This document shows, one piece after another, positions 43,695 through 57,246 of a stretch of DNA of 64,000 nucleotides. Both the position numbers and the translations under genes were made by a program. The stretch is taken from the NCBI RefSeq assembly GCF_009914755.1, contig NC_060933.1. One strand, given 5' to 3'. This stretch comes from the human T2T-CHM13v2.0 reference genome, Homo sapiens. Numbering within the stretch: position 1 is the first letter of the stretch; each line of letters opens with the position of its first letter. A model generated the notes under the pieces. The model ran no database searches, had not been told where the DNA came from, and was given only the letters and a program-made list of their open reading frames with translations.

Positions 43695-43985
43695 TACTTT
43701 CCAACAATGTACTTCACGAAGCCCTTGTCCCCTGAGGTGTTCTGGAGTAAAAACGGATTTATGGTCAACAATTTGGGGCGGGGTGGGGGGAGGATACTGC
43801 CTACTCCCCCATTAGAGATGCATAAAGCACATTAGCATATTAAAGGCTCTGAAAAGCCTTTAAGTTAAACCTAATTAATTTTCTTGAATACAGCTATTCC
43901 CCCAACTTTATTTTACTGTAGAAACCTTTCTCCACATACAACACCTACTAACATCCTATAGGGAAAGATGCTTTGGGAAAGGTGG
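43695..43985. mobile_element. hAT-Charlie MITE (MER103C-like); related fragment at ~46210-46385
   Basis: CACATTAGCATATTAAAGGCTCTGA(A/G)AAG motif at both sites. Confidence 0.6.
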
Positions 43986-46669
43986 GATTAGATAAATAAT
44001 CACAAAAGTATAGTAGCTGTGACCTTGGAAACTGCTTGGGTGAGCAGGTGTTTTAGCAGCATGGCTCCTGTTTAAACAATTACCCACCAGCCATGAGGAT
44101 ACATTTGGTGCTGGTTTTACTTGGATCAGGACATCCTAGCTGTGGCCAAGGTGGAGCCTTGACCTCCATTGTTCTAGACTCCATGTTTTAATGTATACAA
44201 AGGCAATCTATTTCCTTTGTCTCTGTTGTAGGAAGGTTAGGGACAGCTCCAAGTCTGTTTTTGGGTGGGATCGGTAATTGTTTAAACCCCGAAGAAGAGA
44301 AAGGATTCCTGTTTGCTGTTCCTGCAGGCTCAAACCTGCCTTTCGCATACAGACCAAAGACAGGATGAGACTCAAAGCAAGAGGCAGCCACATCAACATG
44401 GGAAGAGATGCTCTTTGTAGTCTTGGCCAGATGGAAGCCAGAGTCCCCCATGAGTTAGAACCCCCTCCAGTCACCTGAGAAATGTGAGCCTTGAATCTTA
44501 TGGCCAAGCAGGCTGTCATTGCGTACTACAGATCCATGCAAGCAGATTTCCGTGGGTCTGCTGAAGTCTGGGGAACCTGTCCTGTAGACCGGGAGGAGGT
44601 TTCCTGTTATGTTTTTCCTGGCCTGGGAGCATGACTTGGGATTGCTGGCTGGTGTATCCCCTGCAAACTGACAGACCCAGGGCTGCCAAAGGGAGGGACT
44701 GAGGACAGAGTGAGGGGGAGAAATCCCCAAGGCCCGTCTGTGGGGAGAGTCCCGTTCCCTTCTGTCACAGAGACAGGCCAGCAGGCGCCTCCTGCTGCTC
44801 CAGCAAATCGAAAACCTCTCTCTCCTGCTATCCCCCAGATGCACAGACCCTTCGAGATCCATCCCAGACACAGCATGGACTGGCCTAAACCTGGTACACC
44901 AGCATTTCACTCCAGAGCTGTCCTTTCTTGCCTGTGTGGCCTCGGGAAAGTGCTTGACTTCCCCGGACCACAGAACATAGGTAATGAGGAGGATTAAATG
45001 AATGAGAGCTCCGCGTGAATACATCAATGGTGCGGCACGCGCTGTGGGGGATTCACATAGACATTTTAAAATGCTGCCCCTGCCTTGCGTCCAGCTTTTT
45101 CTGATTCTTCTAAAGTAAACTTTCATATTCCCAGGCCTTTCTTAAATATGACTTGGTTTATCAAGAAAGTGAGACTTTCTCACCCTTTCCACTGTGGACG
45201 TAAGACCCCTGTATCTGAAACTGAACTGAACGTAGCCATCAGAGATACTTCGGAGGCAATTTTGGAATCAGTTTTGATTAGTTCAAGAAGTTATTCTTGG
45301 ACATGATCTCTGTGAATTATGTTTTCAGGGAAGTTGGGATTTTTTGTTTTGTTTTGTGTTGTGGTTTTTCATGAATGTGCTTCCATCTTAATTCGGCAAA
45401 AGATTATCCTGGACCAAGGGCAATTCATTCTCCTTTTGCTGTGGGGATTTCCAGAACAAAGAGATATCGAGTCCCAAACTGGACTGACTTCATAGATTGC
45501 AGAAGGAGAGAGAGCCAGCAGGATAGCAAGAAAGGGGGTGGGGAGAGAGAAAGAGAAAAGAGCACGCGCGCCAGCCTCAGACAATGAGTGGGGAGAGTTG
45601 AGAAGAGAAAAAGGGAGAGATTGGTTTTCAGATCTGTCCTGAACCTCTAAATTTTATTCATAGAAGTCAGAGCCAGCCTCGGTTGTAAAAGCAGCAGTTA
45701 ACGTAACTAAGGCCTTCTGTCTGAGGCTTCCTCAAGCTCCTTGGTGGATCAGTGGCTTATGTGCTGTAGGAAAGAGATCAAGCCCTGTTTGAATACAGAA
45801 ATTGCTTTCTCACCCTTTCTTGGTAATAAAATCCAGAAACAGAAACTGGCATGGGAGTAGGTTTCAGCATTCCTGTTGCACGGGACACTGACAGTTCTCC
45901 ATTCTCCGATGTGGATCCCTCCTCCCCGTCCCCAGCACGGTCATATTTCTCAAATGCAAATGGAACCAGGGGACCTCTGCATTAAACCCTTTGAGCTCTC
46001 TTACTGCCACAGAAAGTGAAATCCACCCCTTGAGGACTGTCCCCTCAGTGTCTCACTGCAGATCCTGAAGGTCCCAGGGGAAGAAGACCCCTCCAAGCCT
46101 AAGCGCAGCAGGTCCCTGGCCCTGCCACACCTCTAGGGGATCCCACATCTACTCACCAGCCCCAGTACAGGTCAGGACATACAGGCCCATCAGGAACCCC
46201 AGAGAGGCCCAGACACTTTGAGGTCATTTAATGTGTAATACACATTAGCATAGCAACGGCTCTGAGAAGTCCTGCAGTGAAGTAACTTTGTTTAACTAGG
46301 CGCTTTCCATGCTTAGCTAACCCTGGACCACTTTCCCCGTGGAATACCCAGTAGCTCGTCAAGTAGCACTCCACAGAATGCTGTAAAACGATGGACAGGA
46401 GGCATCCACAGACATGTCCAGTCCCTCGAGAGAAAGTGTCTAATTCAGCTTTGGGGCCACAGAACCTAGCATGGGCCCTAGAAAAGAGTTTGTGTGGAAT
46501 AAATAAACAAGCAAATTAATGAAATCATGCCATTGTTAACCCAGGCGGAACCTGGGAATTATAACTGCATGCCAAACACTATTTTCCAGGGCAACTAAGT
46601 CTGTGGCCAATGCATAGCTTTGTTGAGACCAAATCTCTTTTCTCCTCCCCACCCCTCAGCATTTGTACC

Positions 46670-46880
46670 AGTTAAAAACTGGCAGACCTTGAACCAGATC
46701 TGTCTAACATATGTGTTTTGTTTGGCCAGATCAGGGTTTTTGTTATTTTTTAATGCCATTAGGTAAGGGCTGAGCTCTGCAGCACAGCCAGACTCTGCCT
46801 CTCCCTGTCCTACCCCAACCTCTTCCCACATTCGCATCACCTGCTTAGCTCCCGAAGGCTTTGAGTTTGCCATCCTGGGT
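46670..46880. mobile_element. hAT-Charlie MITE (MER102-like)
   Basis: ATATGTGTTTTGTTTGGCC..GGCTTTGAGTTTGCCATCCTGG. Confidence 0.55.
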
Positions 46881-47107
46881 TTAAATCTCCCTGGGAAGTT
46901 GCTTTTTCTCTCTGCCCATAAACATCATGAATTTATTTTGAAATGGATTTGCCCAGATGAAATCACACAGATCTTTAAACCTTAGACTGTTTGCAATGAA
47001 ATATTTACACAGCCAAACGTGGCACAGGCCCCGGCACACTTAAGGTGACTCTCTGAGCCAATATACTGATGAGGAGATGGGGATGGTCTCATCCATATGC
47101 TCATCTT

Positions 47108-47275
47108 CCCAGAGCTTCTTAAGCTTTAGTGGGCATTGAAGTCACCAGAAAGCTTGTGGAAATCCACATTGCTGGGCTCCACCCCCAGAGCTTCAGGACC
47201 AGTAGGTCTACATTATTCCTGAATTCCTAGGTAATGCTATGGCTGATGGCCCAGGGACCACACTTTGAGATTTGC
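47108..47275. mobile_element. MER5A (hAT-Charlie)
   Basis: ATTGCTGGGCTCCACCCCCAGAG..GGACCACACTTTGAG. Confidence 0.8.
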
Positions 47276-48558
47276 TCCCCTACTGCTTACCAAGCTCTTT
47301 CACAATGGGCATCTTATTAGACCCCAACAACCAACCTAGGAGGTGAACAAGGCATGAATAACCACTCGCAGTTCACAACTGTCACAAGATGACTCAGAGA
47401 GGTTAACCAATAACACAAGGTCACACAGCTTGATATGAATTGAGGTCTTTTAGTGCCAAGTCCAGCTTCCTGCCAGCAAGGCTGTGGTTGAAAGAGGCTG
47501 TCTGACATCACTGTTTAGGACAAGGGAACTGGACCCGTGAACGACAGAGCCAGCATTTCAGGAAGTTACTTTCTGCCACAGAGACCTCTACTTCCAAGGC
47601 AGGAGCTGACAGCCTCCCTCTGTTCCTCTCAGCTCTAGGACTCCACACTGTGGCCCTATGTGGACAAGAAGGAAGAGGTTCCAAAGGAGCCCAGAACGCC
47701 CCACCCCCAATATTTGCCCCCATAGTGGTCCCAGGCAAGGCAGGAGAGGAGCAGAGATGCCTGCTCACTAGAGTCAAGACATCCCTTGCTGAATTTTCCA
47801 TGTAGCAACCAAAGCAGAGTGAGAGACAGGCACAGACTGCAGCTTCTGGGAGGGAGATAGAGGGGGGCACAGACCATATGGAGCAAGAGTGACAGAATTT
47901 GGCAGTGCGGCCTCCACAGATGGGCCTGCTTATGTCCAGACACAAGCTGAGGCCAAGGACTGAATCATCTCTCTAGCAATTTCTTGTTTCCAAACACGTC
48001 TTTTGAAGAATGTGGGGATGCTGGGAGCACACATCAGAAGCCCTTGCTGGGAAAGGATAGAGAGACAACAGGAAAGAGAAGTTGCTTTTGCAGGGGGGCC
48101 ACAGGTGTGGATGGAAGGACAATGAAGGGACCCAACATGTCCACCTGATGGGGTGGAAGTCACTGGATAGTGAGAGGGGAGCATGGAGGTTTGGGCAGCA
48201 CAAGGAGGTCCATATCAAGGGTGTTGGGTGTGTTTTCTGGGGTGAGCCCCACAACTCTACAATGGAGTTAGCACCACCACCAAGCCCCACTGAACAGGAG
48301 AAAGACTGAGATTATAGATGGTAAGTGATTTGCTCAAGGGCTCCCAGCTGGCAAGGGCAGAGTCATGAGTGAGTGAACTGAGCATTCACACCTATCTGAG
48401 GACCCTCCCTCCCACCCTGAGCTAAGATTCTTATATTAGTCTCCTAGGTGCTCCTTGCGCCCCATCCCCCTGGCATGGCCTTCCAATAAGTTACTGGGTC
48501 CCCACTAGGGCTCCCCAGAATCTGTCTTCAGGATAAAGGCTGGGCGGCTCTGTCTGGC

Positions 48559-48906
48559 CGATATGGTTTGGCTTTGTCCCCACCCAAATCTCATCTTGAA
48601 TTATAGCTCCCATAATCCCCATGTGTCATGGGAGGGACCTGGTGGGAGGTAATGGAATCATGGGGGACAGTTTTCCTGTGCTGTTCTCATGATAGTGAAT
48701 AAGTCTCAGGAGATCTGATGGGTTTATAAAGGGCAGTTCCCCCGCACACGCTCTCGTCTGCCACCATGTAAGAGGTGCCAATGTTCCTCCATCTTCCGCC
48801 ATGATTGTGAGGCCTCCCCAGCCATGCAGAACTGTGAGATCATTAAACCTCTTTTTCTTTATCAATTACCCAGTCTTGGGTATATCCTTATTGGCAGACT
48901 AATACA
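48559..48906 (+). mobile_element. THE1B-like solo LTR
   Basis: GATATGGTTTGGCT..CCCCACCCAAATCTCATCTTGAATT start, ACTAATACA end, 5-bp TSD CTGGC. Confidence 0.92.
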
Positions 48907-49152
48907 CTGGCACTCGAGGCCCTGTGAGGCCAGGCTCTCGCCTGCCTTTCCAGCCTCATGAGCTTCACTAGCTGTGTGTCCTGGGACTTGCCATCCCCTG
49001 TACACATTCAGTGCTGCCCAGCTCTAGTCTTGAATGGGGGCCCAACAGTCACATCTCCCTGTAGCTTTTCCACTTTATGTTATCTTTCCTCATGCCTGTG
49101 TCTTTTCTCTCATTTAAATATCTGGTCTTCGAGCACTACGAACTTCTTCCCT

Positions 49153-49546
49153 GTGTTAGTCTGTTTTTGCATCACTATAAAGGAACAACTGAGACTGGGC
49201 AATTTATAAAGAAAAGAGGTTTAATCGGCTCATGGTTTTGCAGGCTATACAGGAAGTGTAGTGAGAGCCTCGGCAAATTTCCAATTATGATGGAAGGCAA
49301 ACGGGGAGCAGCCATATCATATGGTGGGAGCAGGAGCAAGAGAGAGAGTGGGGAGGTGCCACACTCTTTTAAACAATCAGATCTCACTAAACTGAGTGAG
49401 AACTGAGAACTCACTCATCAGCAAGCCATTCATGAGGGATCCACCCATGTGACTCAAACACCTTCCCTACCAGGTACCACCTCCAACATTGGAGGTCACA
49501 TTTCAACATGAAATGTTTGGAGGGGACAAACATTTAAAGCATGTCA
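49153..49546 (-). mobile_element. MSTB-like solo LTR
   Basis: TTTATAAAGAAAAGAGGTTTAAT..CACCTCCAACATTGGAGGTCACATTTCAACATGA. Confidence 0.88.
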
Positions 49547-49854
49547 CCCCCCTGCACCATGAATATCCTTTCCACATGTGCACCACATTATGGCTTGCAG
49601 AATGCTGTCCCCCTGCAAGGTGTCATACGGGGTGGGTATTAGCCCCTTTGCAGACTGAGACCAGAGAAGCAGAGGGAGATGCCCAAGGTCTCACAGGTAG
49701 TTGACAAAGCTGCAGAGACTGAGGCCCAGGTTTCCAGGCTTCAGGTCCAGTGCTCTTTCCACTGTGCCTGGGTTTGGGGGAAAGGTGACTTTATGGGCTT
49801 GAGAAAAAACCACCCACCCACAGAGAGATGGTGCCCATGTCGGGGAGGGCAACT

Positions 49855-50397
49855 GTTATAGTTTCCTATTGCTGCTAGAACAAACTTCATGAAGTCAGTG
49901 GCTTAAACAACACAAATGTATTATCTTAAACTTCCAGAGGATAGACATCCAACATGAGTTTCAGTGGGCTCAAGTCAAAGTGCTGGCAGGGCAGCATTCC
50001 CTTCTGGAAGCTCTAGAAAAGACTCCATTCTGGAAGCTCTAGAAGAGACTCCATATCTTGTCTTTTCCAGCTTCCAAAGGCCGTCTATATTCCTTGGCTC
50101 ATGGCCTCTTCCTTCAATTTTAAAGCCAGCAATCATGGATCAGGTCCTCCTCAGATCCATGGATCACATCACTCTAACCTCCTCTTCCACCTCCCTCTCC
50201 CACATCTAAAGGACCCTGGTGATTCCACTGGGCCCACCCAGATAATCCAGGATAACCCCCTTGTTTAAAGGTCAGCTGATTAGCAACCTTAATTCCATCT
50301 GCAACCTTAATTTCCTTTTGCCATGCAACCTGACATATTCACCAATTCTGAAGATGAGGGCATAGATATCTCTCGAGACATTCTTTTGACTACCACA
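49855..50397 (-). mobile_element. MLT1C/D LTR with 26-bp internal tandem duplication (50002-50053)
   Basis: TTTCCTATTGCTGCT..GGGCCCACCCAGATAATCCAGGATAA; TTCTGGAAGCTCTAGAA(A/G)AGACTCCA x2. Confidence 0.85.
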
Positions 50398-50679
50398 GAG
50401 GCAAAGAGCAGATTCCTGCCCGCAGAGCCTGTCAATGTGATCACTTGGCAGAGAAGGTGACTCAGGCCTGGACCAGATGTCCAAATGTCCTTGGAGAGCA
50501 AGGGCAAACTCTGGAGAGCACATGGACAAGCACCGTGGCTTCTGATAGTCCAGCCCTTCAAAGCCTGGAGCAAGCTCTCCAGCTGCCCAGGGGTACTGAG
50601 GCTACCCCACTCGAAGGCATTAGGTGCTTTCCAATGAGTTTCCCTTATCTTATTCATCTCTTCATCAACTGCCAGATAC

Positions 50680-51150
50680 ACTACCCCTCTAACTAATATC
50701 AGAACACGGCAATATCTCCAACCAAATCCATCTATCACTCCCTTACTCCCACCCCTAGACTCCTTGAGGTCTAACCCACTAAAAATGGGAATTGGATCAC
50801 TTAGAATTGAATCTAAACTTCTTATCAAGGCCTTCGGGGGTCCTCTGGCCTCAAGCAATCGTCCTCTTGTTCACAGAGCTCCAGGAAGACTTGCTTCCTT
50901 TCCATCACTTACACAGCACACAGCTTCCTGCCTCAGGGCCTTTGCATACACGGTTTCCTCTTCCTGTGACTCTCTTTTTTCTATCCTTCCCTTGGCTGAT
51001 TCTTGCTCAGCCTTTAGGTCTCAGCCCAAATGTTGGTTTTTCAGAGGACACTTTTCTGACACCTGTCCCCCACCCCAGTTGCGTCTCCTATGCAATTGTC
51101 TCTCCATGGGAACCTAACTCTTTACCTTCATGGCAGCTATTTATAGTCAT
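50680..51150 (+). mobile_element. L2 fragment
   Basis: TTCCTGCCTCAGGGCCTTTGCATAC..CCTTTAGGTCTCAGCCCAAATGT. Confidence 0.75.
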
Positions 51151-52069
51151 TGTCTCTGCTATTGTTCAGAACAGGACACACTTGGGCTCTGATGCTGCAG
51201 GACGGTCATCCTTTGAATAAAAAACTTCAGGATTAAAATGTGCCAAATTCTGCAATTTCATCCTCTCTTTTCGACGACCAGGAATGAGTTCAGCCTTCAA
51301 AGCACAGCTCCTGTAGGCTGATTTTTCTTATGGGCTTTGAGGTTGGACAGACTCACTCTCTGCTTCCTACTCCACCAACTGGCTGAGTGGCCCTGTGCAA
51401 GTAAGTCACTGTGCCTCTCAGGGCCAATGGCTCTGCTTTACCCAGCTGACTTTGGCCCAGGAGGGTGGCAGAGAGGCCTTCACCAGTAGGTGACAGGAGG
51501 TCCAGAGGCCATTCAGTCAGAATCCAACACCCAACAGAGACCAGGAATGGTGATCGCTAACCAAGGTGTATGTTGTCCCCAGGATGTCCTTTCTGACCCC
51601 TCCTCTCCTTCATCTCCCATCATCACTCTGCATCCTCAGCTCAGAACACATGCTGTCTGACCTGGTTCCGAAACATCACTGTCACTGCTCAGAAAGCCTG
51701 ACTTTCCCATCAAAGACTTCCAGGGCATCCCCAGAGCACTCTGGGGCTGGTCTCAGAAACACAGAATAAACAGCAGCCAGTCCATTGCAGAACAGGCCAC
51801 AGGGCCAGCTCTGCTTCTGCGTCCTCCATGTCAGGTGCTTCTCTGCCAGCAGCTCCTTAGTAAGGCAGCCTTAACAAGCTCGTGCATAGGGTGATTCTTG
51901 GGGCAGGATCAATCTGCTCTCTGCTGTCAGCTTCCCCAGAGAGGCACACTCGGCTGAGATCAGGTTGGTGGTCCAGAGATCTTGCAGATGCCAAGGCTCT
52001 TGCGCCAGTGCAGTGGGAAGAACCAGCATTCACCGTCCTCATCCCTTCATCTCATTCAGAATCACCACA

Positions 52070-52475
52070 ACAGTAACAACATGAATCAAGAAGGGCCATG
52101 ATTTTTTTCTGAGTGCCTACTATACGCTAGGCACATGCTGCATGATTTACCTGAATTCTCCTTTCGTTTTCCCAACAAACCCCTTTTACAGATGAGGAAG
52201 CTGAGGACTGAGAGGTTAACTGACTTACACAAGGCCTCTCAGTCTATAAGTTGAGAAGTCAAGATAAGAACCATGTTCTCCCCAACCCCTCACTGAGATA
52301 ATTATATTCACAAAAATGCATCCCATGTACACAACATTTTACAGCACTCAGAGCTCTTTCCCATCTGCTTTTGGCTCTGATCTTTGATCAATCCCTTGGG
52401 CTGAGTATTATTAGCCCATTTATTCAGATGGGAACATTGGGATTCAGAGCAAGGAATTGACTGGCTCAAATCAGC
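52070..52475 (-). mobile_element. two MIR fragments
   Basis: TTTTACAGATGAGGAAGCTGAGG and CCCATTTATTCAGATGGGAAC cores. Confidence 0.75.
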
Positions 52476-52478
52476 AGG

Positions 52479-53101
52479 TGTATGAGTTATCTATTGCTGT
52501 GTAACATATTACCCTAAAATTTGGCAGCTTAAAATAGTACACATTTGTTTTCTCCCAGTCTCTGTGGGCCTGGGATCAGGCATGACTTAGCGATATCTTC
52601 TATGTCATCTGATGACAGATGCAGCCTCTTCTGTGAGGCTGCAATGGAGGTGTCAGCCCAGGGTCTGTGGTCTCATCTGATGATGCCTGGGGGAGGGATC
52701 TCCTTCCAATCTCATTCATGCGATTGTTGATGAGATTTAATTCTTTGGATGTTGTTGCACTGAGGACCTAAGTTCCTCTCTAACTGTTGGCCAGAGACCC
52801 CCACTCAGTTCCTTGTCATGTGGACCACTCCAACATGGCAGCTTGCTTGATCAAAGTGTGCAAACCAAGAAGGCAAGAGGCAGGGGGAGGGGGAGACAGA
52901 GAGAGACTGTTAGCAAGAAGGAATTCACAGTCTTTCGTATTAATAGCCCAGTCATGGAAGTGGCACCCATCTCATTTGCAATGTGTCTGTATCCATTAGA
53001 AACAAGTCACTAGGTCCACCCCAGACTCCCACCATAACAAGGGCATAGTTACTAGCAGGTGGGGATTACTGGAGACAATCTTAGAAGTCTGCTGACTACA
53101 G
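52479..53101 (-). mobile_element. MLT1E/F-like LTR
   Basis: AGTTATCTATTGCTGTGTAACA..TTAGAAGTCTGCTGACTACA. Confidence 0.8.
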
Positions 53102-53579
53102 CAGGGAGCTCAGCTGGAGTCTAGTGTGTGCAGCTCTGAGTCTGGCCCTGTCCTCCTGGAACTGGGAATGTGCTGGCCCAGTGGACCGATGTAGCAGGTG
53201 GCAACCTTCCCCTCGTCCATCCTCTAGGAAGCTCTCAGGAAGAGAGAGGCGGCCCCACTTTAATTACATATCTCCCCCAGGGAAGCCTCTGCTGCCTGTG
53301 TTCTTCTCTGGGTAGTTTTGTTCCCCCTTTACTGCCAGCCCTGCTTTAAATCAAAGCTGCTGCCTGTTCAAGGGCTCCCAGCCCCAGGCAGGAAGAGGAT
53401 TTATGAGTGGGTGATCCAGAAATGTAATATAAAGGAGTCAGGACCCAGGCAGTAATGGAAATGGAGAGGTCCTGGCGAGCGAGACAGGCGGCCAGGGCCC
53501 ACTGACCTCTCAGGCCCAGCAACCACCCTGCCTCTGCCTTTATGAAAAGCTTCCATCATCCTTCCCTTCTGCCTACCCC

Positions 53580-54930
53580 ACTCTCCCTCCTTGCTGCCTG
53601 CACTACAGCTCCCATCCATAGCCAGAACCCAGGTCACCTGCATCCACCTGAATCTGCCTTTCTAGAGCTGCTTCCTCTGTCTCTCCATCTCCTGTCTCCC
53701 CTTCTCCCCTTCCCAAATCTGCCTGGGCTCAGTCTACACTGATGGACTTCTGTCTCCAGGCCTTTGCTCAGGCTGTTTCTCCTGGAATTGTCCTTTCCCC
53801 ATGTCCCTGTGAGCAAACCTCCTTGAGGGTTCCTTCCCTGACCTGTCCCTCTGTCCCTCTCTCATGGCACTGAGCATGGTGAGCCTAATATTGGAACCCA
53901 TTCTCTCCCCCATCAGATGGAAACTTCTTTAAAAATAGGGGCTGGGGCTGGAAGCCACCATGGTTCTGCCACTAGCTGGCACGTGGGAGGTGCTCATTGA
54001 TAATGGGATAATGGAAAGGAAGGTCCAGTTCAGAATCACCTCTGAGTGCAAAAAACCCCCGAACTCTCCTTTTACTCATTCTATGTGGCGGCAAGTGGCT
54101 GCTCATCCCCTGCTCCTGCCCGCTACTGCCTTCTGCTCTCTTCCCTGAGACACCTCTCCTGTGACAGGTCCTGGGTCTGCCTGGGTACAGCACCTAGCCC
54201 TGCCACATACAACATGCTTGCAGCCTCCCACCTGCATCTTACCCGGAGCAAAGCCCTCCTTCCCAGCCACAGATGCCCAAAGGGACACAGACTTTTGTGC
54301 TCAGAAAACTACCACCCCCGCCCCAACCACACTCTCCACCTGACCCACTTGCACCTCCAAGGGCCTGCTTGTGTGGCCTGAGGATCATCCCTGACTACCT
54401 GTTCTCTCTCACCCCTCCCCCCAGTCCATGTTCTGTAAGCTTTTCCTTCTGTTGAAGGTGATTTTCACATGTGCATCTTTCCCCACCCTAACAGCCACTG
54501 CCCTGTCCAGGCCATAGCCCTTCCACATTGTTCTCCCTGCCTCCACCTCACCCTACTCATTCTATTCTCCACCCCAAGGACCAGGGCCGTTATCCTTATC
54601 AAAACTTTCGGTGCTCTCCATGGGCTGAGAAACCAGGCTCATGCTCTTCAGCTGACAATCAAGCCCTCTGCCATCCGGCTGGCCTGGGACTTCTCTGGCC
54701 TTATTCCCCATTTCCCCAGCATCTCCACCCATACTCTTCAGGGCCACTCACACGGGCCCACCTCCTATTCTCCAGTACCCCTGGTCCTCTCCCACCTCCG
54801 AGCCTTGGGTCATGTGGTCCCTTCACTTGGAAACACTCTTCCTCCTCATCTCTGCCCATCTAATCTACTGTCCTTCCAGGACAGCCCAAAGGCCATCTCC
54901 TCCATGAAGTCCTCTCTGACTACCTTCCAG
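53580..54930 (+). mobile_element. L2 fragments
   Basis: CTCCAGGCCTTTGCTCAGGCTGTT; GCCATCTCCTCCATGAAGTCCTCTCTGAC. Confidence 0.65.
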
Positions 54931-55958
54931 AAGGCAGGGACCTCTCAGTCCTCTGAGCTCCTATGACCCACACAAAAAGCATCCGTGTCTGGCCACCCTT
55001 CACCCCAATTAGGCTTTCTGGGTGCAAGGACCCTGTCTCATTTCCCCTCTTCCAAACCCCACCCCCTGCTGCTGCCTCTTCTATGGAGACAAAGACAAAG
55101 GCATCCCTTGGGGGAGGGGAGCCGTCTTGAAATCTCTGGGAGGCGCCTGACAGCTCAGTCCTACTGAGAAGAAAGCGGCCCAGAAGGCTGCACTCCCAGG
55201 GAGGGGTTCTCACCAGAAGGCCCCGCGCTGGGCCTGAGCCAGGGAGTGTTTGCGGGAGCCCAGGGGTGTGTGTGTGAGGGGTGGGGGACTTGGCAGGCGC
55301 TGGGATGGTTATGATCCATTCTTGTTCCAGTTCCCTGATGTCTTTGTTTAGAATCCCCTGCTGCTCCTCACCAGGCAACAAGGGGGGTGTGGATAGCTCA
55401 GAGAAGGGGCAAAGGAGCCTTGGGAGGAGCCAGTTCCCCTCTTTTAAGGGGAGACCTAGGAAAAGGGAGGGAGCCCCAGAAGGGGCCCTCTTGTTAACGT
55501 GCATCCTTCACCAGGTGCAGGGCTGGCCCTTCAGCCCCTTGGGTTCTGGCTCCCACTCTTCCAGGCTTCTTGTCTGTCTGTCTGTCTCTCCTTAGTCTGC
55601 AGCCTCTTCCTCTGGACTAGCTCCTCTTTCAACAATGCCCTACATTCCCCTTTCCCCCTCCTCCCACCCCCAGTGCTGTCCTCTCCACAGATGCCAGCAG
55701 GCTGTGGCTCAGATCCACGCCCTCTTCCTCAGCACCCCAGCCCATGCACTTGTCCAAGCCAATTCATTCCAACTCCTATTCTTTTGCCCCCACTCTCTCT
55801 GACTCAGAAGAGTTTAACACACAATCACCAGAGCCCAGAGAGACAGCCCAGGTTCCATTCCCAACTCTGCCACTTACCAGCCAGGTGTCCTTGGCAGGTC
55901 CCTTCACCACTCAGAGCCCCGGTCTTCTCACCTAAATTGATGTAATAATACCTATCTC

Positions 55959-56275
55959 AGCCAGATGCAGTGGCTCACACCTGTAATCCCAGCACCCTGA
56001 GAGGCCAAGATAGAGGAGAGGATTGCTTGAGCTCAGGAATTCAAGAGCAGCCTGGGCAACATAATGAGACCTTGTCTACAAAAAATTTTTTAAAATTAGC
56101 CAAGCATGCCGTCACGTGCCTGTGGTCCCAGCTACATGGGAGGTTGAGGCAAGAGGATTGCTTAAGCCCAGGAGGTCAAGGCTGCAGTGAGCTCTGATCA
56201 CGCCACTATACTCCATCCTGGCTGAGAGAGTGAGACCCTGTCTCAAAAACAAAACAAAACAATACAAAATGAAAA
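55959..56275 (+). mobile_element. AluJ inserted in a MIR (~55810-56360)
   Basis: GGATTGCTTGAGC.CAGGA and GGAGGTCAAGGCTGCAGTGAGC J diagnostics; TSD ACCTATCTCA. Confidence 0.9.
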
Positions 56276-56805
56276 ACCTATCTCACAGGTGGTGAGGTAA
56301 GAACTGAGCGGGGCACAGAGCAGGGCCAAGCACACAGGATGTACCCCATAGAAGGCAGCATTGTCAGGAATGCCCTGTCCTCCCTAGTAAATGTCATGGC
56401 CACCAAGCATTGAGCCCTACCAGTGAGTCCTGTGACGACCCCCCTTTCCAACTGATCCTTCTCAGTGTCCTTCCCAGGATCTTCCTTCTCTGTTCATCCC
56501 CTAAATGTTGACAGCACCACCTGCTGTCCCTCCTCCTTCTCTGCCTGGGTAATCTCAGCCACCCTTGGGCTCCTGTAGCCATGGGACACCATCACCTCTG
56601 AACCTGCATCTCCAACCCAATCTCTCTCTCTCTGGAGCTCCAGAGGCCCTTCTTGGCCCTCTCTAGCAAATTCCAAAATGTTACATATGTATGATTCCAT
56701 TTATATAACATTTATGAAATGGTAAAATTTTAGATATTGAAGACACATTAGTGGTTGCTGGGGAGGGCAGGTGCTGGGATGGAGGTGGGTGCAGTCATAA
56801 AAGGG

Positions 56806-57203
56806 TATATTAATTTCTTTTTTATTAATTTTTTATTCCCATAGGTTATTGGGAAACAGGTGGTGTTCGGTTACGTGAGTAAGTTCTTTGGTGGTGATTT
56901 GTGAGATTTTGGTGGATCCATCACCCGAGCAGTATACACTGCATCCAATTTGTGCTCTTTTATCCCTCACCACCTTCCCACCCTTTCTCTCTGAGTCCCC
57001 AAAGTCCACTGTGTCTTTCTTATGCCTTTACTTTCTCATAGATTATCTCTCACGTATGAGTGAGAACATACAGTGTTTGGTTTTCCATTCCTGAGCTACT
57101 TCACTCAGAATAATAGTCTCCAATCTCATCCAGGTCACTGTGAATGCCATTAATTTATTCCCTTTTATAGCTGAGTAGTATGCCATCATATATATATGAT
57201 GGA

Positions 57204-57246
<43 letters not shown>

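Noticed and set aside
54920-55945. 194-aa and 148-aa ORFs in a GC-rich stretch
   Set aside because: No recognisable domain or splice/codon evidence; expected by chance at this GC content.
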